Source: Armatimonadota bacterium
GTDB lineage: Bacteria; Vulcanimicrobiota; JACPDS01; JBDRKI01
DNA length: 30,858 nucleotides
Direction of reading: 5' to 3'
Assembly: GCA_043814095.1 (NCBI GenBank)
Contig: JBDRKI010000123.1
Span: forward strand, 1 to 30,858
In this document: positions 16,914-25,776 of the stretch, piece after piece
Layout of the letters: every line of letters begins with the position of its first letter
Position numbering within the stretch: the stretch's first letter is position 1
Program-made: the position numbers and the translations under genes
The notes under the pieces: model-generated
The model's database searches: none
What the model was told of the DNA's origin: nothing
What the model saw: only the letters and a program-made list of their open reading frames with translations

Positions 16914-18089
16914 ATGTATCCAAGAAAGCTTTGTCTCTTATTGAAAAAACATATAAGTAAAAAGCAGATTAGTGTAATTACCGGTATGAGGCGTACCGGC
17001 AAAACAACCATTCTTAAACAGCTTCTTTCAGATATTCCATCGGAAAACAAAATATATATAGATTTAGAACGTATTGATAACAGGGAGCTTTTTTCAGAAA
17101 AAAACTATGATGCTGTCATTTATACCCTGCGCCAGCGCGGGTTGGATATAAAGAAGAAGGCATATATAGCTCTTGATGAGATACAGCTTATGCATAATTT
17201 ACCGAGCGTGCTCAAATATCTATATGATAATTATGATATTAAGTTTTTAGTAACTGGTTCAAGTTCTTATTATCTTAAGAATCTTTTTACGGAATCCCTT
17301 GCGGGAAGAAAAAAGATTTTTGAACTTTATTCTCTTGATTTCGGCGAGTTTCTTACTTTTAAAGAAGTGTCTTATGTAAGTGAAAATTTTTTAGACAAAA
17401 AATTTAACCCTTACGAGTACGAACGTTTAAAAAAATATTATGAGGAGTATATCGAATACGGCGGGTTCCCTGAGGTTGTTCTTTCGGATGCTCCGGAAGA
17501 CAAAAAAGACCTGCTTCTGGATATTATAAATTCATATATTGATATAGATGTTAAAACACTTGCTGATTTCCGTAATCAAGATAACCTGTACAAGCTTATA
17601 AAAATGCTTGCAGGAAGGTCATGCACCCGACTTGATTACAGTAAATTGTCAAAACTGGTCGGTATATCCCGCCCCACAGTACATACTTATGTGGATTTTT
17701 TTGAAAAAACATATTTAATTTCAAGATTATCCGTACTAGCAAATAATCCCGACAGGGAGATAGTCAAGGCCCAGAAAATATATTTTTGCGATAACGGAAT
17801 AATGAATGTGCTATTTGATACATCAAGCGGAGTTAAATTTGAAAATGCAATATTTACCCAGCTGTATCAGCGCGGGAGTCTATCTTATTACTCGCTTAAA
17901 ACCGGAAGGGAGATAGATTTTATACTAAATAAAGACATGGCATTGGAAGCAAAAGAATCCCCCATATCTTCAGATCTGGAATCTTTAAATAAAATATCAT
18001 CCCAGGCAGGCGTGAAAAATTTCAGACTTATAGGGCGCCGCCAGGTGCCAAATTTTGATAATTACATCTGGGGTGGTGAGATAAATTAA
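16914..18089 (+). CDS. AAA_14/DUF4143-type ATP-binding protein
   Basis: GMRRTGKT, LDEIQ, TGSS, SLAGR, YGGFPE, KIYFCDNG, FEN, EIDFI...ALEAK. Confidence 0.9.
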   Translation: MYPRKLCLLLKKHISKKQISVITGMRRTGKTTILKQLLSDIPSENKIYIDLERIDNRELFSEKNYDAVIYTLRQRGLDIKKKAYIALDEIQLMHNLPSVLKYLYDNYDIKFLVTGSSSYYLKNLFTESLAGRKKIFELYSLDFGEFLTFKEVSYVSENFLDKKFNPYEYERLKKYYEEYIEYGGFPEVVLSDAPEDKKDLLLDIINSYIDIDVKTLADFRNQDNLYKLIKMLAGRSCTRLDYSKLSKLVGISRPTVHTYVDFFEKTYLISRLSVLANNPDREIVKAQKIYFCDNGIMNVLFDTSSGVKFENAIFTQLYQRGSLSYYSLKTGREIDFILNKDMALEAKESPISSDLESLNKISSQAGVKNFRLIGRRQVPNFDNYIWGGEIN

Positions 18090-18111
18090 CTAATTTTGAT
18101 ATATTCATATT

Positions 18112-18645
18112 TTAACTTTTACTTATTTCCCATCTGCCGTCTGTAGAATTATAGTAAGTTTTCTCAAGATAGGAATTTATCTCGCGGCATGTAATTATTT
18201 TTTCACGGTCTTTGCCGAAAAGATTATTAAATAAATACGGATGGCTATCGGGATGTTTTTCAAATTTCTTATACCATTTAAGATATTCTGTTTTAAACTT
18301 GGAGAATGTTTCTATTTCTTTATTTTTAATAATATGGTATCCTTTTTTAACTTTAGCGGTATTCACAGGGTTTTTTCCGTTAAATAGCCTGGTTAAAGTT
18401 TTCAATCCTTCTTCTTCAGAAGCTATATTCATGATAATTTCAGCATTTATAAGTTTTTTATGAGCGGCTTCCGCTTTGGCTGCCAGCTTTTTAATATTTG
18501 CCGGGAAGAAATCAGATTCTCTTATCTTTCCGGTAATATATTTGACCGGATTGGCTTTTAATTGCCGCGGATAGCGCCGCATGGTATGAAAACAATCCAA
18601 TCCATTCAGTTCATTTTTAGCTGTAACCATTTTTGATATATTCAT
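18112..18645 (-). CDS. Hypothetical basic protein, last gene of array B
   Basis: 177 aa, GAGGTG SD overlapping the upstream stop; no recognised motif. Confidence 0.7.
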   Translation of the reverse strand: MNISKMVTAKNELNGLDCFHTMRRYPRQLKANPVKYITGKIRESDFFPANIKKLAAKAEAAHKKLINAEIIMNIASEEEGLKTLTRLFNGKNPVNTAKVKKGYHIIKNKEIETFSKFKTEYLKWYKKFEKHPDSHPYLFNNLFGKDREKIITCREINSYLEKTYYNSTDGRWEISKS

Positions 18646-18648
18646 ATT

Positions 18649-19116
18649 TCACCTCTTATACATATGATATTTGACTGTTAATAGATCCCATGCATCGCTT
18701 AAGGTTGCTTTAATATAAGCTTTATCAGCTGTAGATTTTTTGGTTTTATCAACTGCATCATGCTCGGCTTTATAAATGTAATTCTGGCACCTTGCTCTTT
18801 CAAGACCTGTTGCTTTATGAGTAAAATAGTTACCCGAGGTATCTTTTTTTTCTACTTCTATCCGGTTTTCTCTGTAGAAAAACCTATATTTTAATTTTTC
18901 CAAAGGATCAGCTACTGTAATTTTAAGGGGCACACCATCTTTGTAAAATATTTTAACAGTAATAGGTTTATCATCATTTTTAAGTTTAATAGTGCAGGGA
19001 CCTTCCATTTTTTTATAATTAGAATTCTTCTGCTGGAGTAAATAAATTTCTCTGGTGGTGCCGGGTGTGATCTTTGGTTCTGTTTTTCGTGTGCTTGAAT
19101 AATTTGGTGTAGACAT
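18649..19116 (-). CDS. Hypothetical protein, paralog family B (divergent)
   Basis: AAGGAG SD; IFYKDGVPLKI resembles IFYNKGAVYKI of the 144-aa gene. Confidence 0.72.
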   Translation of the reverse strand: MSTPNYSSTRKTEPKITPGTTREIYLLQQKNSNYKKMEGPCTIKLKNDDKPITVKIFYKDGVPLKITVADPLEKLKYRFFYRENRIEVEKKDTSGNYFTHKATGLERARCQNYIYKAEHDAVDKTKKSTADKAYIKATLSDAWDLLTVKYHMYKR

Positions 19117-19132
19117 AATATAAACTCCTTAA

Positions 19133-19555
19133 TTATTCTTTAGTTTTTATTTTTTCTATATCTCTTATGGCTTTATTTAATTGTGATGCAAGATTTTCCG
19201 GATATTTTTTAGGATGATCATTTATTTCTTTAGCGGTTTCTTTAAGCTGATATAAGAAGACCAGTTTGCTGTCATTATTCATCGGTTTGCGGTTTACGGG
19301 ATTGTCCTGCCATCCGCCTGTTTCTGTTTCCAGCTCTTTGCCTTTGGGGAAATTGGGGTAATATTTGTATTTAAAGATTTCATAATTTGCTATCCCGTTA
19401 AAAAGGATAATTTTGAAAACCTTATTGTTTCTTAAGTAAATTGTAGTCTCGTCTAGGGTCATGGGGGTTTTCTTCAGCATGATGGTTATTTTTTTGAATT
19501 CATTTTGCCTTTTGGCTGTAACCGGATTAACGCCTGTAATTATGTTTGTATTCAT
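19133..19555 (-). CDS. Hypothetical protein, paralog family B
   Basis: AAGGAG SD; IYLRNNKVFKII, YKY, KPM, KYPENLASQL. Confidence 0.78.
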   Translation of the reverse strand: MNTNIITGVNPVTAKRQNEFKKITIMLKKTPMTLDETTIYLRNNKVFKIILFNGIANYEIFKYKYYPNFPKGKELETETGGWQDNPVNRKPMNNDSKLVFLYQLKETAKEINDHPKKYPENLASQLNKAIRDIEKIKTKE

Positions 19556-19986
19556 AATATCTCCTTTTCTCCCGTTTCTATTTTAGATAATATTTTTTCC
19601 AGGTGCTGTGCGAGATTTTTCGGATATTTTCTCCAGTCGCCTTTAACAAGTTTTATAGTGTCCTGGAGATTTTCTGTAAAAGTTACTACCTCATGTCTCT
19701 CCATGGGTCTGTATTCCGAAGTAAGTGCACCTTCCGTGCTCTTTGTTCCGTATTCTAAAGAATCATTTTTAATATTGTATCTGTATAAGTTATAACCGAA
19801 TCCAGCTAAGCTGCCTGTTTTTTCCATTTCAAACTCAGTCATAATAATTTTATAAACCGCGCCTTTATTATAAAAAATCAAGGCATTGAAAACTCCTCCC
19901 AGGTCAATAGTTAATTTTCCTGAAAAAGACTGCACCTTGGTACTGGCACTTGCCAGCATTTTCGGGTTAATAAGATTGGCTTTCAT
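19552..19986 (-). CDS. Hypothetical protein, paralog family B
   Basis: GGAGG SD; IFYNKGAVYKII, YRY, RPM, KYPKNLAQHL. Confidence 0.78.
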   Translation of the reverse strand: MKANLINPKMLASASTKVQSFSGKLTIDLGGVFNALIFYNKGAVYKIIMTEFEMEKTGSLAGFGYNLYRYNIKNDSLEYGTKSTEGALTSEYRPMERHEVVTFTENLQDTIKLVKGDWRKYPKNLAQHLEKILSKIETGEKEIL

Positions 19987-19995
19987 TCTTCCTCC

Positions 19996-20403
19996 TTATT
20001 TATCTATTTTTTCCATTGTTTCTTTTAAAGTATCCATAATTAATTCATTTTTCTTGTCTGCCAGGTAGTGTTTTTCAATGGCTATTATTGTTTTTCCAAG
20101 CTGGTTTATAAAATATTCTTTATCCTTTGGTTTTATGTATCTTGCTTTTGTCCGTGTTTTACCCCCATCAAGCTTGTATTCTATCCATTCAATTTCAATC
20201 TTATTATTCTGCGGGGAGTATCTGTATATCATTATGCCTGCGGTTACCTTATTTATATACGCTATTTTCTGCAGTTTATTAGCATTAAAACATACTTTAA
20301 CTTCTTCTTTTGAGAATTCTGTTGTTTCCAGCACAAACCGTCTTATCCATTCGCTTTTTTGCGGTTGTGTTTGTGCTATAAACTTTGTTTCTGTAATATT
20401 CAT
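19996..20403 (-). CDS. Hypothetical protein, paralog family B, first gene of array
   Basis: AAGGA SD; VCFNANKLQKI, IYRY, FINQLGKT. Confidence 0.75.
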   Translation of the reverse strand: MNITETKFIAQTQPQKSEWIRRFVLETTEFSKEEVKVCFNANKLQKIAYINKVTAGIMIYRYSPQNNKIEIEWIEYKLDGGKTRTKARYIKPKDKEYFINQLGKTIIAIEKHYLADKKNELIMDTLKETMEKIDK

Positions 20404-20437
20404 AAGATTTCCTTATATAATTAATAATTACCGTATA

Positions 20438-20494
20438 ATTATATACCCTCAAACCCATATAAATCAAGGAAATTATGTTAACAAAATGTTAACA
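20438..20494 (-). promoter_or_regulatory. Promoter with tandem TGTTAACA boxes
   Basis: TGTTAACA at 20476-20483 and 20487-20494 (11-bp period); minus-strand TATAAT at 20438-20443. Confidence 0.6.
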
Positions 20495-20527
20495 TTTTCC
20501 ACCTTTTAGGGTGATATTAATGGGATT

Positions 20528-21514
20528 TTACCTTAAAAATAGGATAATAATGAAAAGAACATAGGCAGAAAGAAGTATTGCGCCTTCTATTCTTTTAAGG
20601 ATATGGCCTGTTGACATAAATAAGGCAAGGGCCAGTATAAATACAAGCATTATCGGGAGCTCGAATATCAAAACATCGGGGTTTATGGTAATGGGCCTTA
20701 TGAGGGCTGCTATCCCGAGGACGAATAATATATTAAAGATATCACTGCCTATAATGTTTCCAACGCTTATGCTGGGCACTTTTTTCATAACCGCGGTCCA
20801 TGTTATGGCAAGTTCAGGGATTGAAGTTCCTATGGCAAAAAGGGTTAACCCTATTATCCACGGACTTATTTTAAAATATTTTGCTATCTCGACACCTGAG
20901 TTTATCATGATATTTGTCGCAAGAACTACAAAAAGAAGAGCCGCGAAGAATGCCAGAGAAACCACTCTTTTGGAATTTAGCTTTTCAATGAATTTTCTGG
21001 GTTTAAAATCTTTTAATTCTTCTTTGCTCTCCTGCTTATAATAAGGGTCGTTATATGCGAAAACGCAGAATATAATAAAGCAGAGAAGAAACAGAAGCCC
21101 TTCTATCCTGGATATTTCAAGATCCATACAGAATATAAAAAGAACTATTGCGGCGAAAACCACAAGAGGAACTTCGCGCCTGAAAATTTTAGGATCTATT
21201 TTTATGGGCTTTATTAAAGCCGCTATGCCGAGCACAAGCCCTATGTTTGCTATGCTTGAACCGACTATATCTCCAAGGGCGATATCGCCCTGGTTTTCAA
21301 TTGATGCAATAATTCCGACAGCCGCCTCAGGGGCTGAGGTTCCGAATGCTATGAATATGAGGCCTATGAATAAAGGAGAAAGCCTTAAGAGCATGGCCAT
21401 CTTTACCGAGCTGTGTATAAGCCAGTCTGATGCAAGAAACAATAAGTATAAAGCTATCGCGAATATTATAATATTTAATATTAAACTGCCCATATACATT
21501 CTATTATTCCCCAT
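20528..21514 (-). CDS. Calcium/sodium antiporter (CaCA, YrbG-like)
   Basis: Two alpha-repeats, AFGTSAPE...GDIVGSSIANI and AIGTSIPE...GNIIGSDIFNI. The start may be a few codons downstream. Confidence 0.93.
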   Translation of the reverse strand: MGNNRMYMGSLILNIIIFAIALYLLFLASDWLIHSSVKMAMLLRLSPLFIGLIFIAFGTSAPEAAVGIIASIENQGDIALGDIVGSSIANIGLVLGIAALIKPIKIDPKIFRREVPLVVFAAIVLFIFCMDLEISRIEGLLFLLCFIIFCVFAYNDPYYKQESKEELKDFKPRKFIEKLNSKRVVSLAFFAALLFVVLATNIMINSGVEIAKYFKISPWIIGLTLFAIGTSIPELAITWTAVMKKVPSISVGNIIGSDIFNILFVLGIAALIRPITINPDVLIFELPIMLVFILALALFMSTGHILKRIEGAILLSAYVLFIIILFLR

Positions 21515-21645
21515 AATGTTTTAAATATCCTATTGTAGGCAAATTAAATATTTTTAAAGTGTCTTTAAAAGGTAATTTTTTATTTTTATAAAAATATTAT
21601 ATAAAAGCACTGTCAGCATAATCTTCTATAAGAAGCGAGGTAAAG

Positions 21646-23622
21646 ATGAATATTTTTAAGATTAAAAGTATTTTTGTTACGGTTTCTCTTTTTTTGTTCT
21701 GCGTATATATGCTTGCAGGATTATCTTTCCCGGAGAAGCTTAACATTCCAGAAAGTATTGAAATCGCAACGAATAAGAACCTTAACTTCAAATACAGTGA
21801 AGTGAATTATGAGATAAGCAAGTTATATGTTGACCAGGCAAAGCTGGATTTTCATCCCAAATTGGATCTTACGACATACCATAAACAGGATGCTTACCCG
21901 GCTCCCAATAAATCAACTTACCTTTTTCATGTTGTACAGCCTTTTTATTATTCCGGCGCGCTTACCAACCGGCTTAATTCCAAGAAATTCGCGAGCCAGT
22001 CCAGTCTTCTGGGGTTGATACAGGACAGCATAAATCTTGAAAGCGCTGTTTTTGACGCCTATATGAATGTTTTAAGACAGGAAATGCTGGTTGTTGTCGG
22101 TGAGTTTTCGATAAACGGCATTCAGGATGAGATTGATAATATACAAAGTTCTGTTGAAGAAGGCAAAAGAGGCAATGAGGCGGTCTTAAGGCTTAATGTT
22201 CTTTTAAATGATTTTCGGGAAGATCTTGTCGCCGCAAGACAGAGTCTCGTTGATGCCAAAGCCAACTTTAATACAATTTTAAATCTGGATCTTTCTAAAA
22301 ATGTTGACCTTGTTATGTTCGGGGCTGAGTTATTCGAGCTTGATTATATAAGGTACAAACAGCAGAGGAAGAAATATGATACCCAGCAGATACTTGATAT
22401 TTATTATGAATACGCGTTAAAAATGAGCCCGCTTGCCAACCAGAAAGATATAAATATTGCCGCCGCGGAATATGAATTAAGGGCAGAAAGAGGGGACAAG
22501 CAGCCGAAGATAAATTTTTCTCCACAATACGGCACGGATGATACAGGACAGGAAGGCGCCTGGAATGTAGGTTTTAGTTTTACCTATATCTTTCTTGATG
22601 AGAGCGACTGGAAAGACTACCAGATAAAAGAGGAGCAGGTAAAACAGGTAAAGCTTGATAGGGATATTTATCACAGGGATTTAAAATCCGCTATAAGAAC
22701 AAATTATTCTAAAGTGATAGCCCTGGCCGAAAAGGCTTTTATAAACAGGAAACAGGCGTATGATTCGTTTAAATACCTCCAGAAGATAAAAGAAAAATAC
22801 GCCAAAGAACAGGTTACCGATCTGACTATGGTTGACGCATACAGAAGCTTTTATGAAAACCAGATTGCCGATATAAACACCCTTTATGATTATTATATAC
22901 AGCGTGAAAATCTTGAAGCGGTTATAGGGTACTCGGATTTCCGCCAGACCCCGACTTTTGACGAGTTTTTAGAATCTGAAGATAAAAATAAGTTTAAAAT
23001 AAGGGAAGACCTGGGAGCAGGCACGCATATAGACAAAGCGGCTGATGAAAATGATATTGATGAGGTAAGACGCATTCTTGCGGGTGATCCGGAGCTTGTA
23101 AATTCGGTTAATGATGTTGGATGGGCGCCTCTTCACTGGGCAGCGTACAGGGGCTATAATGATATGGTGAAGTTCCTTATAGAAAAAGGGGCGGATGTAA
23201 ACGCACAGACAACCATAGGGCTTACGCCTCTTTACCTGGCTGTTTCGGAGAATCATGAAGAAACCGTAAAGATGCTTATAGGCGCGGGCGCCGATGTTAA
23301 TCTTGCGGTGAGAACAACCGGGTGGACGCCTCTTATGAAAGCCGTTATGGAATCATATACGGATATTGTAAAATTTCTGCTTGCAAGCGGCGCGGAGATA
23401 AACGCTAAATCAATAGCGGGCTGGACGGCTCTTCATGATGCCATAGAAGCAGGTAATTTGCCTCTAGCGAAGATACTCATAGCTCACGGTGCGGATATTG
23501 ATATTGATAATTATGAAGGCAGTTCCGCTTTAGATCTTGCGATAATGGCAGGGAATGAGAAAGCCGTGGAATATCTTGAAAAATATCTTGAAAACAGAAG
23601 CGGAGGCGGAATTGATCAATAA
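21646..23622 (+). CDS. TolC-family outer-membrane efflux protein fused to C-terminal ankyrin repeats
   Basis: Signal peptide and two OEP-like repeats (LNIPESIEIA, PKLDL, QPFYYSG, PKINFS, WNVGFSFTYIF). Then ankyrin repeats GWAPLHWAA, GLTPLYLAV, GWTPLMKAV, GWTALHDAI plus caps. Confidence 0.85.
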   Translation: MNIFKIKSIFVTVSLFLFCVYMLAGLSFPEKLNIPESIEIATNKNLNFKYSEVNYEISKLYVDQAKLDFHPKLDLTTYHKQDAYPAPNKSTYLFHVVQPFYYSGALTNRLNSKKFASQSSLLGLIQDSINLESAVFDAYMNVLRQEMLVVVGEFSINGIQDEIDNIQSSVEEGKRGNEAVLRLNVLLNDFREDLVAARQSLVDAKANFNTILNLDLSKNVDLVMFGAELFELDYIRYKQQRKKYDTQQILDIYYEYALKMSPLANQKDINIAAAEYELRAERGDKQPKINFSPQYGTDDTGQEGAWNVGFSFTYIFLDESDWKDYQIKEEQVKQVKLDRDIYHRDLKSAIRTNYSKVIALAEKAFINRKQAYDSFKYLQKIKEKYAKEQVTDLTMVDAYRSFYENQIADINTLYDYYIQRENLEAVIGYSDFRQTPTFDEFLESEDKNKFKIREDLGAGTHIDKAADENDIDEVRRILAGDPELVNSVNDVGWAPLHWAAYRGYNDMVKFLIEKGADVNAQTTIGLTPLYLAVSENHEETVKMLIGAGADVNLAVRTTGWTPLMKAVMESYTDIVKFLLASGAEINAKSIAGWTALHDAIEAGNLPLAKILIAHGADIDIDNYEGSSALDLAIMAGNEKAVEYLEKYLENRSGGGIDQ

Positions 23623-24673
23623 AAAAACTTGCATTCTCTTCCTGCTCTGTGTTTTTATATCATTAACCGTTCAATCGGCTTTTTCATATGACTACCAGAC
23701 AGAAGTTAACCGCTACTTAACGGTTATAGGTCAAAATGTTAACGAGCTTCCGGACTGGGAAGCTGGTTTTGAAAGAGCCGCAAACAACATTGAAAGCTTT
23801 GAAGAGTGCCTTCACAATATTTCAATGGATATAAACGAAAAAAGGAATACAAACCCAGGTTATACGGTTAAGATCATATTTTATAACCCTGTGGATGAGC
23901 GGTATAAACAGCTGGAAGAAAATTTAAATGAACTTAAGGACTATATGCGGGATCTTAATAATAAATATAATGATCTTAATGAAGCGGATATAAATAATAA
24001 AGAAAGAGTGCTTAATAATACCGCCAAGGCAATGACTAAATGGGCGGAAAAGATAGGCAAGCCCGATATAACCGATCTGGATTTCTCGGAAGAAAAAAAA
24101 GACGCTAAGATACTTGAAGAAGATTTTAATAATATAAACAACATACCGGAAGCCATGGAAAAAATAAAAAAAGAATACGAGCGAGTCAAACCCATAGCGG
24201 AAAGAACCCTGGAGATGCTCAGGAAATTAAAACCCCTAAACAGCCGCATGAAAGAGATTCTTGATAAGTATAAGGATCTGGGCAAACCGCCTAAGCAGTC
24301 AGACCATGTTGTTTTCCTCGGTAGTTTTAAAGGTCAGCGCGCAGAAGGCATGTTCGGTTTTAAGCTTTACAAAGACGGCACGGTTGCCGGCCTATGGGAA
24401 GGGGAGCTCAAGGCAAGCTACGGCTGCGGTCCGGTAAAAGGGACGATTAAAGGCGCATATAACTCAAAGCATAAAACCATAGGCGGCACTCTTTCAGGAT
24501 ACTATTATGTTACATTAAAAGACGGCTCCCAGAAAACTTATAACATAACAGGAGACTGGAACGGGAGAGTTTACGGGAACCTAATCAAGGGCACCTTCAG
24601 GCACAGAAAAGTGCTTAATAAAGGCACCATAGGCCTTGATTCCGGAAAATTTGAAGTGAATCTGGATAAATAA
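23612..24673 (+). CDS. Secreted hypothetical protein, coiled coil + Gly-rich beta domain (paralog 1)
   Basis: TTG 23612 follows GGAGG (23602-23606) and exposes a signal peptide (INKK...VQSAFS). Overlaps the TolC stop. Confidence 0.78.
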   Translation: MINKKTCILFLLCVFISLTVQSAFSYDYQTEVNRYLTVIGQNVNELPDWEAGFERAANNIESFEECLHNISMDINEKRNTNPGYTVKIIFYNPVDERYKQLEENLNELKDYMRDLNNKYNDLNEADINNKERVLNNTAKAMTKWAEKIGKPDITDLDFSEEKKDAKILEEDFNNINNIPEAMEKIKKEYERVKPIAERTLEMLRKLKPLNSRMKEILDKYKDLGKPPKQSDHVVFLGSFKGQRAEGMFGFKLYKDGTVAGLWEGELKASYGCGPVKGTIKGAYNSKHKTIGGTLSGYYYVTLKDGSQKTYNITGDWNGRVYGNLIKGTFRHRKVLNKGTIGLDSGKFEVNLDK

Positions 24674-24702
24674 GATAACCGTATAAATATCAAAGGGGCA
24701 GA

Positions 24703-25749
24703 ATGCTTAAAAAAATAAATCCAGCTTATTTGATCGCCCTTTTATTGTTTTTAATTATCTTTAATTGTAATTATGTTTATGCTTCTGAGCATCAGGATGA
24801 AGCGGATAATTACCTTAATGCAATAAAAGAGAACGTTAATATGCTTTCTAACTGGCAGAAAGGCATATCCGAAGCCTCGGAAAATATTAAAAAACTTGAA
24901 GAATGGCTTATCAATACCGCGGCAAGCATAAAGGAAAAAGTAAAAATTAATATTTCAAATCCCGTGTCTGAAAAAATTAAGGAGCTTGATAAAATAAAAG
25001 CAGAAGCGGAAGAATACATTAAGCAACTGCAGGCAGACTGCCAGAAACTTATAGACTCAAGCGGCGGTAAAGAGAAAGAAACAGTCATCCGTATAAAGGA
25101 AAATATGAACCTGTGGCTTACGCGTATTAAATCCTCGGGTTTAAACGAAATAGATTATAAAAATGATATTGAAAAATTAAAAGAAAAACTGAAAAATACG
25201 GATACACTCCAGGATATGCTCAAAGTTAACAGGTATGAATATAACAGAATAAAGACGCTTAATAAAAAAATACAGGACATGATAGAAAATATGACTCCCT
25301 TAAGCGAGAAGATTGACGGAATTATTCAAAGGTGTAAAACTACGGGCTTGAAAAAAGAAGAGCATAAAAACCTTGAAGCAGTCTCCGGAAAATTTACAGG
25401 CAGCTTTGAAGGCGCTTTTTCATCGGGCAGTTTAAATTTTAATATTTCCGATAAAAATGTTTCTGCCGACTGGGAAGGCGGTTTTTCAACGATGGACGGC
25501 GCCTCTGCCCGCATAAGGGGGAGGTGGACCGGCATCTATGATCCCGAAAGCGGCACGCTCGGCGGCCAGATAATGGGTATGTATTATTATATTTCCGCGT
25601 CTCCCACAAGACCCGTAAATATGCCTATGAATATAGCCGGCACATGGCGGGGAAATGTTTATTATAAAGCGGCGGGTGTATACATAACCGGCGAATGGCT
25701 GAGCCAGCATGGCGACTCCGGCAGGTTTGTGGTGTTCCAGAAGAAGTAG
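24703..25749 (+). CDS. Secreted hypothetical protein, coiled coil + Gly-rich beta domain (paralog 2)
   Basis: Signal peptide ending VYA; aligns by eye with the previous gene along its length. Confidence 0.8.
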   Translation: MLKKINPAYLIALLLFLIIFNCNYVYASEHQDEADNYLNAIKENVNMLSNWQKGISEASENIKKLEEWLINTAASIKEKVKINISNPVSEKIKELDKIKAEAEEYIKQLQADCQKLIDSSGGKEKETVIRIKENMNLWLTRIKSSGLNEIDYKNDIEKLKEKLKNTDTLQDMLKVNRYEYNRIKTLNKKIQDMIENMTPLSEKIDGIIQRCKTTGLKKEEHKNLEAVSGKFTGSFEGAFSSGSLNFNISDKNVSADWEGGFSTMDGASARIRGRWTGIYDPESGTLGGQIMGMYYYISASPTRPVNMPMNIAGTWRGNVYYKAAGVYITGEWLSQHGDSGRFVVFQKK

Positions 25750-25766
25750 GGGCAGGGCATGCCCTG
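25746..25766. repeat. REP-like or terminator palindrome between convergent genes
   Basis: GTAGGGGCAGGGCATGCCCTG; CAGGGCATGCCCTG is a perfect palindrome. Confidence 0.45.
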
Positions 25767-25776
25767 TTTGCGCAGG

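Noticed and set aside
23555-23611. ATG 23555 start of the first secreted paralog
   Set aside because: It overlaps the TolC gene deeply and buries the signal peptide; TTG 23612 has a GGAGG SD.
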